The translations under genes and the position numbers were made by a program. From an uncultured delta proteobacterium (GTDB lineage: Bacteria; Desulfobacterota; RBG-13-43-22): 64,000 nt of DNA. The notes under the pieces were generated by a model. It did no database searches and was not told where the DNA came from. It worked only from the letters and a program-made list of their open reading frames with translations. Below, in pieces: positions 39,084 to 49,454 of the stretch; the stretch's first letter is position 1, and each line of letters starts with the position of its first letter. The stretch is taken from NCBI GenBank assembly GCA_963790475.1, contig CAWBOS010000015.1, positions 512,001 to 576,000 on the forward strand. Reading direction: 5' to 3'.

Positions 39084-41873
39084 CTAGCTGTTAATGGCCT
39101 TATGACACCGGGAACAGATGGTCGGATGTTCCGGAAAACTGCCGACCTCGGTTCGAAAATTCCAGCATCGTTCGCATTTTTCTCCACTGGCCTTTTCGAT
39201 CCGGATGATTAGACCGGGCAATTCCGAACTGGAGAACCCTTCCAACAGCACAGATTGAGAATGGATCTCGACTTGAGAGACAATAAAAAGAGTCGGCAGA
39301 AACTCGGCATAAGGCTTGAGGGCCGGTTTCAGGGAATCCGGCAGGAGAAGAATCACTCGGGCATCCAGGGGATTGCCGATGAGCTGGGAACGACGGGCTT
39401 GTTCCAGGGCCTTGGTCACCTCGGCCCGCACGGCAAGCAGGACCGACCATCGTTGATCCAATTCTTCATCTCCCAGAGTCAGGTTAAAATCCGGGAACTG
39501 AGTCAGATGGACACTTTCGGCCTCTTTATCGGCCTCAGGAAGACAGGACCAGACCTCCTCGGCAGTAAAGGATAAGACAGGGGCCATCAATCGTACTAAG
39601 GCCTTAAGGATGATCAGCAGGGCCGTTTGGGCCGACCTTCGTTCCCGGGACTTGGGGGCCGAAGTATAGAGACGGTCTTTGAGAATATCCAGATAAAAGG
39701 CGCTTAGTTCATTGGTACAGAATTGATAGAGGGTGTGATAGACCACATGAAAATCATAGTGCTCATAGGCCCGTCTGACCCGGGTGGTCACTTTCTGCAA
39801 TTGAAGCAAGGCCCATCGATCCAGCTCTTCCATGTCTTTGATGAGCACCTGGTCCCGGGAAGATTGAAAATCGGAAATATTTCCCAAAAGAAAGCGGCAG
39901 GTGTTACGGATACGGCGATAGGCCTCGGTCAGTTGCTGGAGGATATTCTGGGAAATGCGGATGTCATCCCGATAATCTTCGGAGGAAACCCAAAGTCGTA
40001 TTATTTCCGCCCCGTATTTTTTAATGACTTCCTCGGGATGGGTGACATTGCCCAGAGATTTGGATTCTTTCTTGCCCTGGACGTCCACCAAAAAACCGTG
40101 GGTCAACACCGCCTCATAGGGGGCTTCGCCCCGGGTCCCCACTGCAGCCAGCAGGGAACTGTGAAACCAGCCCCGGTGTTGATCGCTCCCTTCCAGATAT
40201 AGATCGGCCGGTGCACCCAGGTAGGGACGTGCCTCGAGGACCGCGGCATAACTAACCCCGGAATCGAACCAGACATCCAGGATATCGGTTTCTTTTCGAA
40301 ACCGGGTACCCTGACAATGGGGGCAAATGGTCCCGGCCGGGAGGAGTTGTTCTTCCGAGGCAGAAAACCAGATATCGGTTCCATGCTTCAAGACCTGGGC
40401 CTCCAGGTGGTTGAGGATCTCTCTGGTGATGATCCAGTTGTTGCAGTCTTGGCAATAAAAGACCGGAATAGGGACCCCCCAGGACCGCTGGCGGGACAGG
40501 CACCAGTCCGGGCGGTTTTCCATCATGCTGTAAATCCGGTTACGACCCCAGGCCGGCATCCAGGTCACCCGATCGATCTCGGCCAAAGCCTTTTTTCTAA
40601 GATCGTTGGTTTCCATGGAAAGAAACCATTGTTCGGTGGCCCGAAAGATCACCGGCCTTTTACAACGCCAGCAATGGGGATAGCTGTGGGTGATGGTTTC
40701 TTCACCCTTTAGTGAACCGACTTCCCGCAGTTTTTCTTTTACCGTGTCATTAGCCTCGAAGACGAATTGGCCGGCGAAAAATCCGACCTCGGGCAAAAAC
40801 CGGCCTCCATCGTCTAACGGAGAATAGACGTCCAGATGATAGCGCAGCCCACTTTCGTAGTCTTCCTGACCGTGACCGGGGGCGGTATGGACGATCCCGG
40901 TGCCTTCTTCCAGGGTCACATAAGGGGCCAGGATCATCAGGGACTCCCGGTCATAAAGGGGGTGCCGGGCTTTTTTGCCCTCTAAAACCCGTGGTTCCAG
41001 TCCGGTCAAAATCTGGGGATTTTTCCAGGAAAGCTTAGGCCCCACCCTTTCTAAAAGCTCCCTGGCCAGGATATAGACCTCGTCACCTTCCTGAACGGCC
41101 ACGTACTCAATGTCAGGATGGAAGGCCAGGGCCAGGTTGGCCGGAATGGTCCAGGGGGTCGTGGTCCAGATCAGGACCGAGACCTTTTTGTTCTTTAAGA
41201 CCGGATAAGTCCCGGTCAAATCGGAGAGCAGAGGAAAAGCGACAAAGATCGATGGTGATGTATGGGATTCGTATTCCACTTCCGCCTCGGCCAGGGCCGT
41301 TCTGCAGGAGGTACACCAATAGATGGGTTTTTTACTTTTGTAGATACTTCCCTGCAAGGCAAAGCGTCCGAACTCACGGATGATAACCGCCTCATAAGCA
41401 TAGTTCATGGTCAGATAGGGGTTGTCCCATTCCCCCAAAACCCCTAGCCTTTTAAATTCCTCCCGCTGGATGTCGATGAATTTCTCGGCATAGGCCCGGC
41501 AACGCTGCCGGATTTCCGTTTGGGAAAGGGTCTTTCTTTTCGGCCCCAATTCTTTGTCCACCTTATGTTCAATGGGCAGACCATGACAGTCCCAGCCCGG
41601 CACATAAGGGGCGTCAAAGCCCGACATCTGTTTGGATTTAATAATGATATCTTTTAATATTTTGTTGAGGGCCGTGCCCATATGGATATGGCCGTTGGCA
41701 TAGGGGGGACCGTCATGAAGGATGAATTTTTTCCGGCCTTCGGAAGATTCCCGGATTTTCCGATATAACTGCATACCTTCCCAATGCTTCAGCCATTCCG
41801 GCTCCTTTTGGGCCAGGTTGGCTTTCATGGGAAAATTGGTTTTTGGCAGATTTAAGGTTTCTTTGTATTCCAT
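39084..41873 (-). CDS. ileS: Isoleucine--tRNA ligase (type 1)
   Basis: [42 protein letters not shown] (KMSKS variant), C-terminal CERCW/CSRC. Confidence 0.97.
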   Translation of the reverse strand: MEYKETLNLPKTNFPMKANLAQKEPEWLKHWEGMQLYRKIRESSEGRKKFILHDGPPYANGHIHMGTALNKILKDIIIKSKQMSGFDAPYVPGWDCHGLPIEHKVDKELGPKRKTLSQTEIRQRCRAYAEKFIDIQREEFKRLGVLGEWDNPYLTMNYAYEAVIIREFGRFALQGSIYKSKKPIYWCTSCRTALAEAEVEYESHTSPSIFVAFPLLSDLTGTYPVLKNKKVSVLIWTTTPWTIPANLALAFHPDIEYVAVQEGDEVYILARELLERVGPKLSWKNPQILTGLEPRVLEGKKARHPLYDRESLMILAPYVTLEEGTGIVHTAPGHGQEDYESGLRYHLDVYSPLDDGGRFLPEVGFFAGQFVFEANDTVKEKLREVGSLKGEETITHSYPHCWRCKRPVIFRATEQWFLSMETNDLRKKALAEIDRVTWMPAWGRNRIYSMMENRPDWCLSRQRSWGVPIPVFYCQDCNNWIITREILNHLEAQVLKHGTDIWFSASEEQLLPAGTICPHCQGTRFRKETDILDVWFDSGVSYAAVLEARPYLGAPADLYLEGSDQHRGWFHSSLLAAVGTRGEAPYEAVLTHGFLVDVQGKKESKSLGNVTHPEEVIKKYGAEIIRLWVSSEDYRDDIRISQNILQQLTEAYRRIRNTCRFLLGNISDFQSSRDQVLIKDMEELDRWALLQLQKVTTRVRRAYEHYDFHVVYHTLYQFCTNELSAFYLDILKDRLYTSAPKSRERRSAQTALLIILKALVRLMAPVLSFTAEEVWSCLPEADKEAESVHLTQFPDFNLTLGDEELDQRWSVLLAVRAEVTKALEQARRSQLIGNPLDARVILLLPDSLKPALKPYAEFLPTLFIVSQVEIHSQSVLLEGFSSSELPGLIIRIEKASGEKCERCWNFRTEVGSFPEHPTICSRCHKAINS

Positions 41874-41953
41874 ACAGCCTCCAGTAAAATGTCTCTTGCT
41901 TTTCCTTATCATAACAGAGGGATAAGTCAAGGAGAAAGCAAATAATTCTTGAT

Positions 41954-43282
41954 TTAGCCCATCAGCCCTTTGGACTTAACCTGTTGGATATGTTTTATAT
42001 TGTTTTTCCTGAAGACCACTCCTTCCAGAAAGAAGGCGGTGAAGATACCGGTGACAAACCCGTTTCCCAAAAGGGGTCGCAAAGTCACAGGGAAGGTGTC
42101 GATGATTCCGACCGGCAAAAAGGCCACAATCGTTCCCAGAAGAAGGGGCAGGCCGATGACCAGTCCTGTCTCAACCTGAGACCCGCCTTCCGATTTCGAC
42201 ACCAGGACTATTCCGGCTCCAACCTGAAAACAGAGGATGTAGAGCAGAACGCTTCCGATGATCACCGGAGGGACGATTCCGATCACCCCTATTGCCGCTG
42301 GTGAAAAAGATAACAGAAAAAGCAAGATGGAGGTCGGGATAAGGGTATACCTGGAAGCACAATGGGTAGACAAAATCACTCCGGGGCTCATGGAAAAATT
42401 AACCGGTCCGATAACCCCGAAAAAACCGGCCAGGATATTAGCTATCCCGGTAAAGGTGATCCCTCGATTTATTCTTTGCGGCATGAGGGAGGGATTCAGA
42501 ATATCTTCCAGCGATTCAATCGAACCCAGGTCATTGATCGAAAGGGCCAGGAAACAAAAGAGGACCGAAATAAGGACCCCCGGCTCGAAAGAAAGGTTTG
42601 TGACGAGATGTTGGCCGAAGAAGGAAACAGGGGCTAAGCCGGCAATGTTTCCGATGGTCCATTCCTCGGGGAAGATGAGAAAATAAGCAATGCTGCCAAA
42701 AAACATGGCCCAGATAATAAGGGTCGACTTCCAGATTCCTTCCAGTTTTTTTTGAAGAACAATCATTCCCAGAGTAAGCCCGAAGGCAAAAAAGAGGGTG
42801 GCCGATGGTGCGGACCGGCCACTTGATCTGGTGATCAGATTCATGACCGTGGGCAGTAAGGTGAAGCCGATAAGCAAAAGGACAACGGCCACGACCCGAG
42901 GGGTGAAAAGCTTCCGAAGATGACCGAAAAGCCCGGTTGCGCTGCAAAGGGCCAGGACCAAACCCCCGATCATCATGGAGGTGTAAACGGCCTCAAAGGC
43001 AAAACCTCTGCTGGCGATAACGCCGATGAGCAAGACGGTCGAAGGTCCGGCGATGAGGGGCAGTCGATGGCCCCAAAGAACCTGGAAGAAGATGGTCAGG
43101 GCCATGACAAAAGACATTTTTTGCAGATAAATGACCTGATCCAGAGGACTGGTGAAGTGGACCCCGCCGACGATCTTCCCAATAATGAGAATGGAAGGGA
43201 GGGCGATAAAAAGCCATTGAAGGCCCAAAAGCCAATTTTCTGCAACAGGAAGTTTATCGTCAAGACCATATTTGAACTGCAC
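41954..43282 (-). CDS. NCS2 xanthine/uracil permease family protein
   Basis: GLQW, GHRLP, LFTPRV, many TM helices; GGAGG RBS before GTG 43282. Confidence 0.85.
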   Translation of the reverse strand: MQFKYGLDDKLPVAENWLLGLQWLFIALPSILIIGKIVGGVHFTSPLDQVIYLQKMSFVMALTIFFQVLWGHRLPLIAGPSTVLLIGVIASRGFAFEAVYTSMMIGGLVLALCSATGLFGHLRKLFTPRVVAVVLLLIGFTLLPTVMNLITRSSGRSAPSATLFFAFGLTLGMIVLQKKLEGIWKSTLIIWAMFFGSIAYFLIFPEEWTIGNIAGLAPVSFFGQHLVTNLSFEPGVLISVLFCFLALSINDLGSIESLEDILNPSLMPQRINRGITFTGIANILAGFFGVIGPVNFSMSPGVILSTHCASRYTLIPTSILLFLLSFSPAAIGVIGIVPPVIIGSVLLYILCFQVGAGIVLVSKSEGGSQVETGLVIGLPLLLGTIVAFLPVGIIDTFPVTLRPLLGNGFVTGIFTAFFLEGVVFRKNNIKHIQQVKSKGLMG

Positions 43283-43626
43283 GAGTCCTCCTTTACAGCG
43301 TTGTACCATTGATCGTGGGCATTAACTCATCCAGTATTAATCAGGCCACCAAGGACGCTTTTAGCGACTTCTAATTCGTTTGTCAATAGGTTGGAGATCG
43401 GGGACCGGAGATAAAGAGTCCACCCGAACGTGTTTTTGGGAAAAAAATCTGAATAAGAGAGGTAGACTGGAAAAAGTGCCTTTGTCTGATTTGGAGTGTT
43501 ACACAACACTAGGTCTAAATTTAAGAGGTCCATTTATTTTGCACGGACGGTGATAGGCTTGTGGCCTACTGTAGGTCAATAAGTCCTCCGGGACGGGGTT
43601 CCCGTTCAATAAAAGCAAGGGAGCGA

Positions 43627-44976
43627 CTAATGATCCGGGGTCAGCAGTCCTGCTTCTTTCAGATTTCCCACGATAACCTGGAGGGACTGCTCCGGATGGA
43701 GATATTCTTGAGCCACTCGAAGCACATCTTCCCGACTGACCGATTTGATAAGGGCAGGATACTTTTCCGGATAATCAAGACCGAGTCCGAAATATTCCAC
43801 CTGGGAAAGAAAATTGACCAGTTTCCCCTGGGTATCGAATCGCATTGGGAAACTGCCGATCAGATAATTTTTGGCCCGCTGAAGGGCTTCCGCGGAGACG
43901 GTTTCTTTGCGGATCCGTTCTATTTGTTTCATGGCCAGAGATATCGCCTCTAAAGCCGAGGCATTCTTGGTCTGTAAGACCACCTGAAAAGTCCCTTGAA
44001 ATTTCTTGGGATCGAAGAAGCTACCTACCGAATAGGCCAGGCCTCGCTTAACGCGAATCTCATCCATTAACCTCGAACCAAACCCCCCGCCACCTAGAAT
44101 ATAGTTCATGACCGTTAAGGCATAATAATCCGGATTGGACCTGGCCACGCCGATCCCCCCGATAATGATATTGGCCTGGGCCAAGTCACGATTGATTTTG
44201 ACGATCTCGCCCTTCTTGGCACCCCCCGGGCTAAGGTCTGATTTTGGAATTGGGCCTGCAGGCCATTCGGCGAAAAGGGGAATGATTTTGGTTTTCACCT
44301 CTTCTTGGGTAATATCCCCGGCGATCGACAACAGGGCATTATTAGGGTGGTAAAAGGTTTTATAAAAACGGACGACATCCTCCCGGGTCAGTTTCGGGAC
44401 AGACTCCTTCGTCCCTTCTACCGGATGACTGTAGGGACTGTCCTGGAAAACAATCCGATTAAAAGCCTTCTCGGCCACTTCACCGGGGTCCTCTTCGGCG
44501 GATTTAATGGCCCCGAGAATTTTATGGGCTTCTTTTCGCAGCTCTTCCTCGGGAAAAATCGGCTGGGTGATCGTTTCCGCCAAAAGACCAAGCCCTTTTT
44601 CCAGATCTTTTTTCAGAACGCGGAGACTGATTGTGGCATAATCTTTGTTGGCCGAGACATTAAGAGAAGCCCCCATGAAATCAAGGGCCTCGTTTATAGA
44701 GATCAACGTCTGCTTTGATGTCCCCAGGAGCAAGCCCTTGGCGGTTAGAAAGGCTAACCCTTCTTTTCCCTTGGAGTCCTGTCGTGATCCCGCGTCAATG
44801 ACTACCTGAATGGTTACAAAGGGGAGGGAATGTTCCTCGGTAAGGAGTAAAACCATCTGATTGGGTAAGGATAATCGGTTAATCGGTGGTATCGCAGCTG
44901 CAGGCCCACTCGACCAGCTCCAAAAGGTAAAGACCAAGAGGGCGGTTGAAATCAGTCTAATCGGTATGCCGGCCAT
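43627..44976 (-). CDS. M16B peptidase, non-catalytic subunit
   Basis: No HxxEH; ILGGGGFGSRL..EIRVKRGLAY. Confidence 0.88.
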   Translation of the reverse strand: MAGIPIRLISTALLVFTFWSWSSGPAAAIPPINRLSLPNQMVLLLTEEHSLPFVTIQVVIDAGSRQDSKGKEGLAFLTAKGLLLGTSKQTLISINEALDFMGASLNVSANKDYATISLRVLKKDLEKGLGLLAETITQPIFPEEELRKEAHKILGAIKSAEEDPGEVAEKAFNRIVFQDSPYSHPVEGTKESVPKLTREDVVRFYKTFYHPNNALLSIAGDITQEEVKTKIIPLFAEWPAGPIPKSDLSPGGAKKGEIVKINRDLAQANIIIGGIGVARSNPDYYALTVMNYILGGGGFGSRLMDEIRVKRGLAYSVGSFFDPKKFQGTFQVVLQTKNASALEAISLAMKQIERIRKETVSAEALQRAKNYLIGSFPMRFDTQGKLVNFLSQVEYFGLGLDYPEKYPALIKSVSREDVLRVAQEYLHPEQSLQVIVGNLKEAGLLTPDH

Positions 44977-44991
44977 AACGAGTTATCCTCC

Positions 44992-46383
44992 TCATCTGAT
45001 AATGCGCCCCGGTCCGGAAGGGATGTCTTTAACCGGCCCACCCTCCTTGGGAGGGAGCGGAATAAGAACGCCCACGGTCCGGTTTTCGGGAAGAAGATAT
45101 TTCTTGGCCACCCGTTGAATATCCTCCGGGGTGACCTTCCTGATGGATGGGATATAGTCCTCAACCATTTTCCAATTTCCGACCATCTCATATTGAGCCA
45201 GGATCATACCTTGATAGAATAGAGAATCCTGGCCATAAATAAAAGAGGCTTCCAATTGATTCTTGGCTTTCTGCAGTTCGGGGAACCCCACCCCTTCTTT
45301 CTGGAGATGTTCTATTTCCAAATCCAGGGCTTTCTCCAATTCGCCGACTTCTTTTCCGGGAAAGGGTTGAGCCGAAATCGTAAAAAGGTTGGGATCCTTG
45401 GAGACCAGGGCATTGTCGGCCTCGGCACTCAGGGCCAGTTGCTTCTCTCTGACCAGATTTTGGTAAAACCTTGAACTTCTCCCGCCGGATAGAATAGCCG
45501 CAATGACCTCCAAGGCATAGCTGTCTTGATGACGCAAGTTCGGCACATGATATCCCATAATAATATAAGGCAGCTCAGCTTCCCGGGTGACCGTAATTCT
45601 TCTTTCACCCGTCTGCGGTGGATCAATCCCCATTTTCTCTTCAGCAACATCTCTTTTTATGATTGATCCGAAGGCCTTTTCCAGACGGGGTAAAAGGTCA
45701 TCCTTTTTGAAGTCTCCCACGATCACGAGTACGGCGTTGGCCGGATTATAATGGATTTTGCAGTATATTTTGAGATCCTCCAGAGTAAAGCGCTCGATAT
45801 CTTCATACCAGCCGATGGTCGGCCAGTGATAAGGAGAGGTTTGAAAGGCCGTAGCTTCGACCTGTTCGGCCAGATAGGCTTGGGGACTGTCCTCGGTGCG
45901 CATCCTCCGCTCCTCCAGGACCACCATCCGTTCCGTCCGGAAATCTTCCTCCTTAAGTTGGAGATTCTCCATACGGTCCGCTTCCAGGTCGATGGGTACC
46001 TGAACCCGGCCGGAGCTGACATTTTCAAAATAGGCGGTAAAGTCGCTGGAGGTAAAGGCATTGTCATTACCGCCGATCTCCTCAACGGCCCGGGTGAACT
46101 CCTCCCCTTTGACTTTCTTGGTCCCCTTGAACATCATATGTTCCAGCATATGGGAAAGACCGGTCTTTCCCCAGGTTTCATTCCTGGACCCGACCCGATA
46201 CCAGACCTGAAAGGTTACTTCGGGGACTTTATGATTTTCAACAAGAATCACTTTTAGCCCGTTGGATAAAACCGTCTCCTGAACTTTTTCGGCTATCGCC
46301 CCTTGGGAACCGACTGAAAATATGAACGGCGCGAGCAAAATAAATGAATATATCCTCCAATTGAAACCCCGGTTAGGCTTCAA
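44992..46383 (-). CDS. M16B zinc peptidase, catalytic subunit
   Basis: GLSHMLEHMMFKG (HxxEH), NAFTS, VVLEERR; signal peptide. Confidence 0.92.
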   Translation of the reverse strand: MKPNRGFNWRIYSFILLAPFIFSVGSQGAIAEKVQETVLSNGLKVILVENHKVPEVTFQVWYRVGSRNETWGKTGLSHMLEHMMFKGTKKVKGEEFTRAVEEIGGNDNAFTSSDFTAYFENVSSGRVQVPIDLEADRMENLQLKEEDFRTERMVVLEERRMRTEDSPQAYLAEQVEATAFQTSPYHWPTIGWYEDIERFTLEDLKIYCKIHYNPANAVLVIVGDFKKDDLLPRLEKAFGSIIKRDVAEEKMGIDPPQTGERRITVTREAELPYIIMGYHVPNLRHQDSYALEVIAAILSGGRSSRFYQNLVREKQLALSAEADNALVSKDPNLFTISAQPFPGKEVGELEKALDLEIEHLQKEGVGFPELQKAKNQLEASFIYGQDSLFYQGMILAQYEMVGNWKMVEDYIPSIRKVTPEDIQRVAKKYLLPENRTVGVLIPLPPKEGGPVKDIPSGPGRIIR

Positions 46384-46586
46384 GGGCTACCTCCTATTAG
46401 TTTTTATGGCACTTAATTCAGATAAGGCCGATCAGGCTCCAGGTCAAGAAAAATTTACCTGGTTTTCTTTAACCCATCAAAACATCAGGGAACTCCTTAT
46501 GAAAGAGGAAGTGGGTATTTCGAATAAAAGCACCTCACCACCTGTTCTTTTCCGACTATCTCCAGGATAATTCAGCATAAGAGTCT

Positions 46587-47693
46587 TTATTGGGGAATAA
46601 AGTCTTCAATAGGACGCAGTTTTTTATTCAGGATCTGTAAAATGTCTTTCTCCTCCCGGTAGGCGGATAAATAAGCCCTGATCGAGATACCCATGGTGAC
46701 CATACCGGTCAGGATAAGCGCGGCGTCCATGATCGTCCACAACCCCAACCCGAAATAACGTATCAGAGAAATGCCTAAGGCAATGAGAGCTATACCCGTG
46801 CGGATGAAAGCAAGCATCGTTCTTTCCTTGGCCAAAACAGTTCGATGAGAAGATAAATAATTCCGGGCAACGGCGAGGTGGTTCCGGTCTTTGGCTAATT
46901 GGGTTCTCAGCACCGAATACTCGGTTCGAGTGGCAGCCCATACTGTTCGCTTATCCGCTAATTCAGTCCGCCTGGAAGCCAAAGTAGTCCGCTGATCGGC
47001 CAAGTCGGTACGCCTGCCAGCCAACTTTGTCCGATCATCGGCTAACATCGTTCTCCGGTCGGCTAACTGGGTACGTCGGGCAGCGAGACTGGTCCGCTCA
47101 TCGGCCAAATCGGTTCGTCTATCCGCCAAATCAGTTCTTCGGCCTGCCAGGTCGGTACGTCTATTAGCTAATGCGGTCCGTTGTTCGGCCAACTCAGTAC
47201 TTTTGAGCGATAGTTTGGTCTGATCCTGCATCAATCTTGTACGCACATCGGCCTGTATTGTACGTTGTTCGGCCAGCTCGGTTCGTTTATTGGAAGTATC
47301 CACCAGATTGGCCGACATCTCGGTGCGTTTTTCGGCTAAGTTGGTCCGTTGATCGGAATTCTTGACCAACTGTTTGTCCAATTCCATGCGCTGGGCCGAC
47401 ATCTCGGTGCGTTTTTCGGCTAACTGGGTCCGTTGATCGGAATTCTTGACCAGTTGTTTGTTCAGTTCGGTGCTTTGTGCTGCCAGATCAGTACGGAGGG
47501 CCGAATTCTTGACCAGATCCGAGGTCAGGGAAGTTCGGCTTCGGGCTAATTCGATTTGTTCTTCTTCGAGCTTGTTTTCCTGATCAGCAAACTTGAGGAG
47601 GCCCTCAAAGACCGGCTTTTCTTCTTCCAGGACTTGGAGGATTTCTTTTAAGAAAACGGGACTTCCCTGTTCGTTATTGGTTTCTGCACTCAT
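46587..47693 (-). CDS. DUF202 membrane protein with very long R-T-x-L-A heptad repeat
   Basis: C-terminal LAKERTMLAFIRTG plus two TM helices; Arg at every 7th position from 172 to 298, with the register extending back to residue 53. Confidence 0.85.
   Translation of the reverse strand: MSAETNNEQGSPVFLKEILQVLEEEKPVFEGLLKFADQENKLEEEQIELARSRTSLTSDLVKNSALRTDLAAQSTELNKQLVKNSDQRTQLAEKRTEMSAQRMELDKQLVKNSDQRTNLAEKRTEMSANLVDTSNKRTELAEQRTIQADVRTRLMQDQTKLSLKSTELAEQRTALANRRTDLAGRRTDLADRRTDLADERTSLAARRTQLADRRTMLADDRTKLAGRRTDLADQRTTLASRRTELADKRTVWAATRTEYSVLRTQLAKDRNHLAVARNYLSSHRTVLAKERTMLAFIRTGIALIALGISLIRYFGLGLWTIMDAALILTGMVTMGISIRAYLSAYREEKDILQILNKKLRPIEDFIPQ
47311..47460. repeat. Internal 84-bp-period duplication in the DUF202 gene
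   Basis: GCCGACATCTCGGTGCGTTTTTCGGCTAA...GATCGGAATTCTTGACCA at 47311 and 47395. Confidence 0.85.
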
Positions 47694-47717
47694 TCGTTTA
47701 TCCTTTCATCCCATTGC

Positions 47718-48554
47718 TTAGTCTAAGGCAACAGGTCTATCTTCAAGGCCAATTTGAACCTCTTTCACACCGGCCACCTGCCGGGCTACCTCGATCAGAT
47801 CGTTCTTGATTCTATGTTTTCCGCTGGGAAAAATTCCTCCCGTTTCAAAGGTTCCGGAAATTTTAACCGTTCCCTTTTCCGCCGACACTTTAAGTTCCAA
47901 CCCCTTTGTACGGTCATGACCCGCCAACTCGGCCTTTACCCTGCTGGCCAAAAGGAAATCTTCAATAATAATTTGAGATTCTGGAGATTCCACGAATTCT
48001 TTTTGATTTAGAGTACAAACGATCATTTCACAAGCACTTTCTATCCCGATGGAATCCAAGTTAATGACTAAGTCATATAGAGAGGGATCCCGCCAGTCCA
48101 CGTCGTATAAAAACCGTGTCCACTTGACCCGGCTTTCATCCATCTTTTCAATGGTTTTTTTCGCATCTTCTAAAGACATATTTTGGGTTTCGGCAAGCTT
48201 CTGGGCGCGTCGAGTCAACGGGGCAATGACCCTGACCTTTAAAACCCCGGGGATACCTTTCATCAGCAGATGTCCAGCATGCCCATAATAAGCAAAAGGC
48301 CCCCTCTGGGCCCTTTCGGCCAAAGCCAGTTGGATGGCCGTTAAATAAAGGCTTCGTTCCGTCGAAGGACCGCGAATTAATCCTTTGGTCTTTTCCAACT
48401 GTTGAAGGAGAAGGGATTGGGATATCCCAAAACGATCCGAAGCTTCCTGTAAAATTTCCTGGCTGACCGCAGGAATGCCTAATCTTCCCGACAGGCATTT
48501 CGCCAAAGCTTCCCCTCCGCTCATCGTACCTCTGGAAATGGTTATTATGGCCAT
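47718..48554 (-). CDS. Cytidylate kinase-like protein with C-terminal BON-like domain
   Basis: MAIITISRGTMSGG, VLKVRVIA, WRDPSLYDLVIN. Confidence 0.85.
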   Translation of the reverse strand: MAIITISRGTMSGGEALAKCLSGRLGIPAVSQEILQEASDRFGISQSLLLQQLEKTKGLIRGPSTERSLYLTAIQLALAERAQRGPFAYYGHAGHLLMKGIPGVLKVRVIAPLTRRAQKLAETQNMSLEDAKKTIEKMDESRVKWTRFLYDVDWRDPSLYDLVINLDSIGIESACEMIVCTLNQKEFVESPESQIIIEDFLLASRVKAELAGHDRTKGLELKVSAEKGTVKISGTFETGGIFPSGKHRIKNDLIEVARQVAGVKEVQIGLEDRPVALD

Positions 48555-48616
48555 CTTTCCTCCTTATTACCTAAGATAATTATTTCATCCTTTTCCCTCG
48601 AATCCCTTCTCCAAAA

Positions 48617-48991
48617 TCACCCGGAAAGCCCCAGGGCTTTTATGACCAGATCCCGCAACTGGCTTAGTTTAAACGGTTTGGCAATAAAATCGTAGGCCCC
48701 TATTTTTAAGGCTTCCCTGGCCTTTTCCACAGTGGCAAACCCGGTGATGATAATCACTTTGGTTTCGGGAGAAACCTTTTGAACCAGTTTTAACACCTCA
48801 ATACCATCCAACTCTTTCATTTTTAGGTCGGTGATTAAAATCTGAAATTTTTTTTCAGCAAATCGTTTAATAGCTTCGTTGGGATCGATAAACGTCTCAA
48901 TATCCAGATTGACCTTTTCCAGGGTGGACCTCAACCTTTCACAAACGATCGGCTCATCATCCAAAATCATCACGCTGTAGGCTTTTTCCAT
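48617..48991 (-). CDS. Stand-alone response regulator receiver
   Basis: ILDDEP, ITDLKM, ITGFAT, IAKPF. Confidence 0.92.
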   Translation of the reverse strand: MEKAYSVMILDDEPIVCERLRSTLEKVNLDIETFIDPNEAIKRFAEKKFQILITDLKMKELDGIEVLKLVQKVSPETKVIIITGFATVEKAREALKIGAYDFIAKPFKLSQLRDLVIKALGLSG

Positions 48992-49025
48992 AGGACCTCC
49001 ATTCAAGGAGCACATCCTTTCCGGG

Positions 49026-49397
49026 TTATTTAAATTTTTTGGCGGCCTTATCCACCAGTTTGACGATCTGTTCCAATTTAAAAGGTTTGGTAACAAATTC
49101 CGCATCCAGTATTTGCGCTTCTCTGGCCCTTTCGATCGTGGCATAGCCGGTAATCACGATGGCCTTGGTATCCAGAGCCCGATCCTTAAGAAATTTTAAA
49201 ATGTCCAACCCGCTGGGACCGCTCATCTTGAGATCGGTTACCAAGACCTGAAAATTTTTTTCCTCCAGGCGGTTTAATGCCTTTTGACTGTCGGTGAAAA
49301 CTTCCACCGCGTATCCCTCTTTTTCCAGGACCGGCTGTAACCGTTCCCCGACAATGGGTTCGTCATCAAGAACCATAACTGAAATATTTTTTTTCAT
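49026..49397 (-). CDS. Stand-alone response regulator receiver
   Basis: VLDDEP, VTDLKM, ITGYAT, VTKPF. Confidence 0.92.
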   Translation of the reverse strand: MKKNISVMVLDDEPIVGERLQPVLEKEGYAVEVFTDSQKALNRLEEKNFQVLVTDLKMSGPSGLDILKFLKDRALDTKAIVITGYATIERAREAQILDAEFVTKPFKLEQIVKLVDKAAKKFK

Positions 49398-49454
49398 CGA
49401 AACCTCCTTCTTCGGTCGCTTACTCTTTCATTCTTTTAGCATAATAAAATGCCT

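Noticed and set aside
43310-43620. Purine or other riboswitch upstream of the NCS2 permease
   Set aside because: No aptamer consensus recognisable by eye; an Infernal/Rfam scan would be needed
46920-47300. 21-bp periodic DNA as a CRISPR array or non-coding repeat
   Set aside because: No constant repeat with unique spacers; the periodicity is the coding heptad repeat; no cas genes
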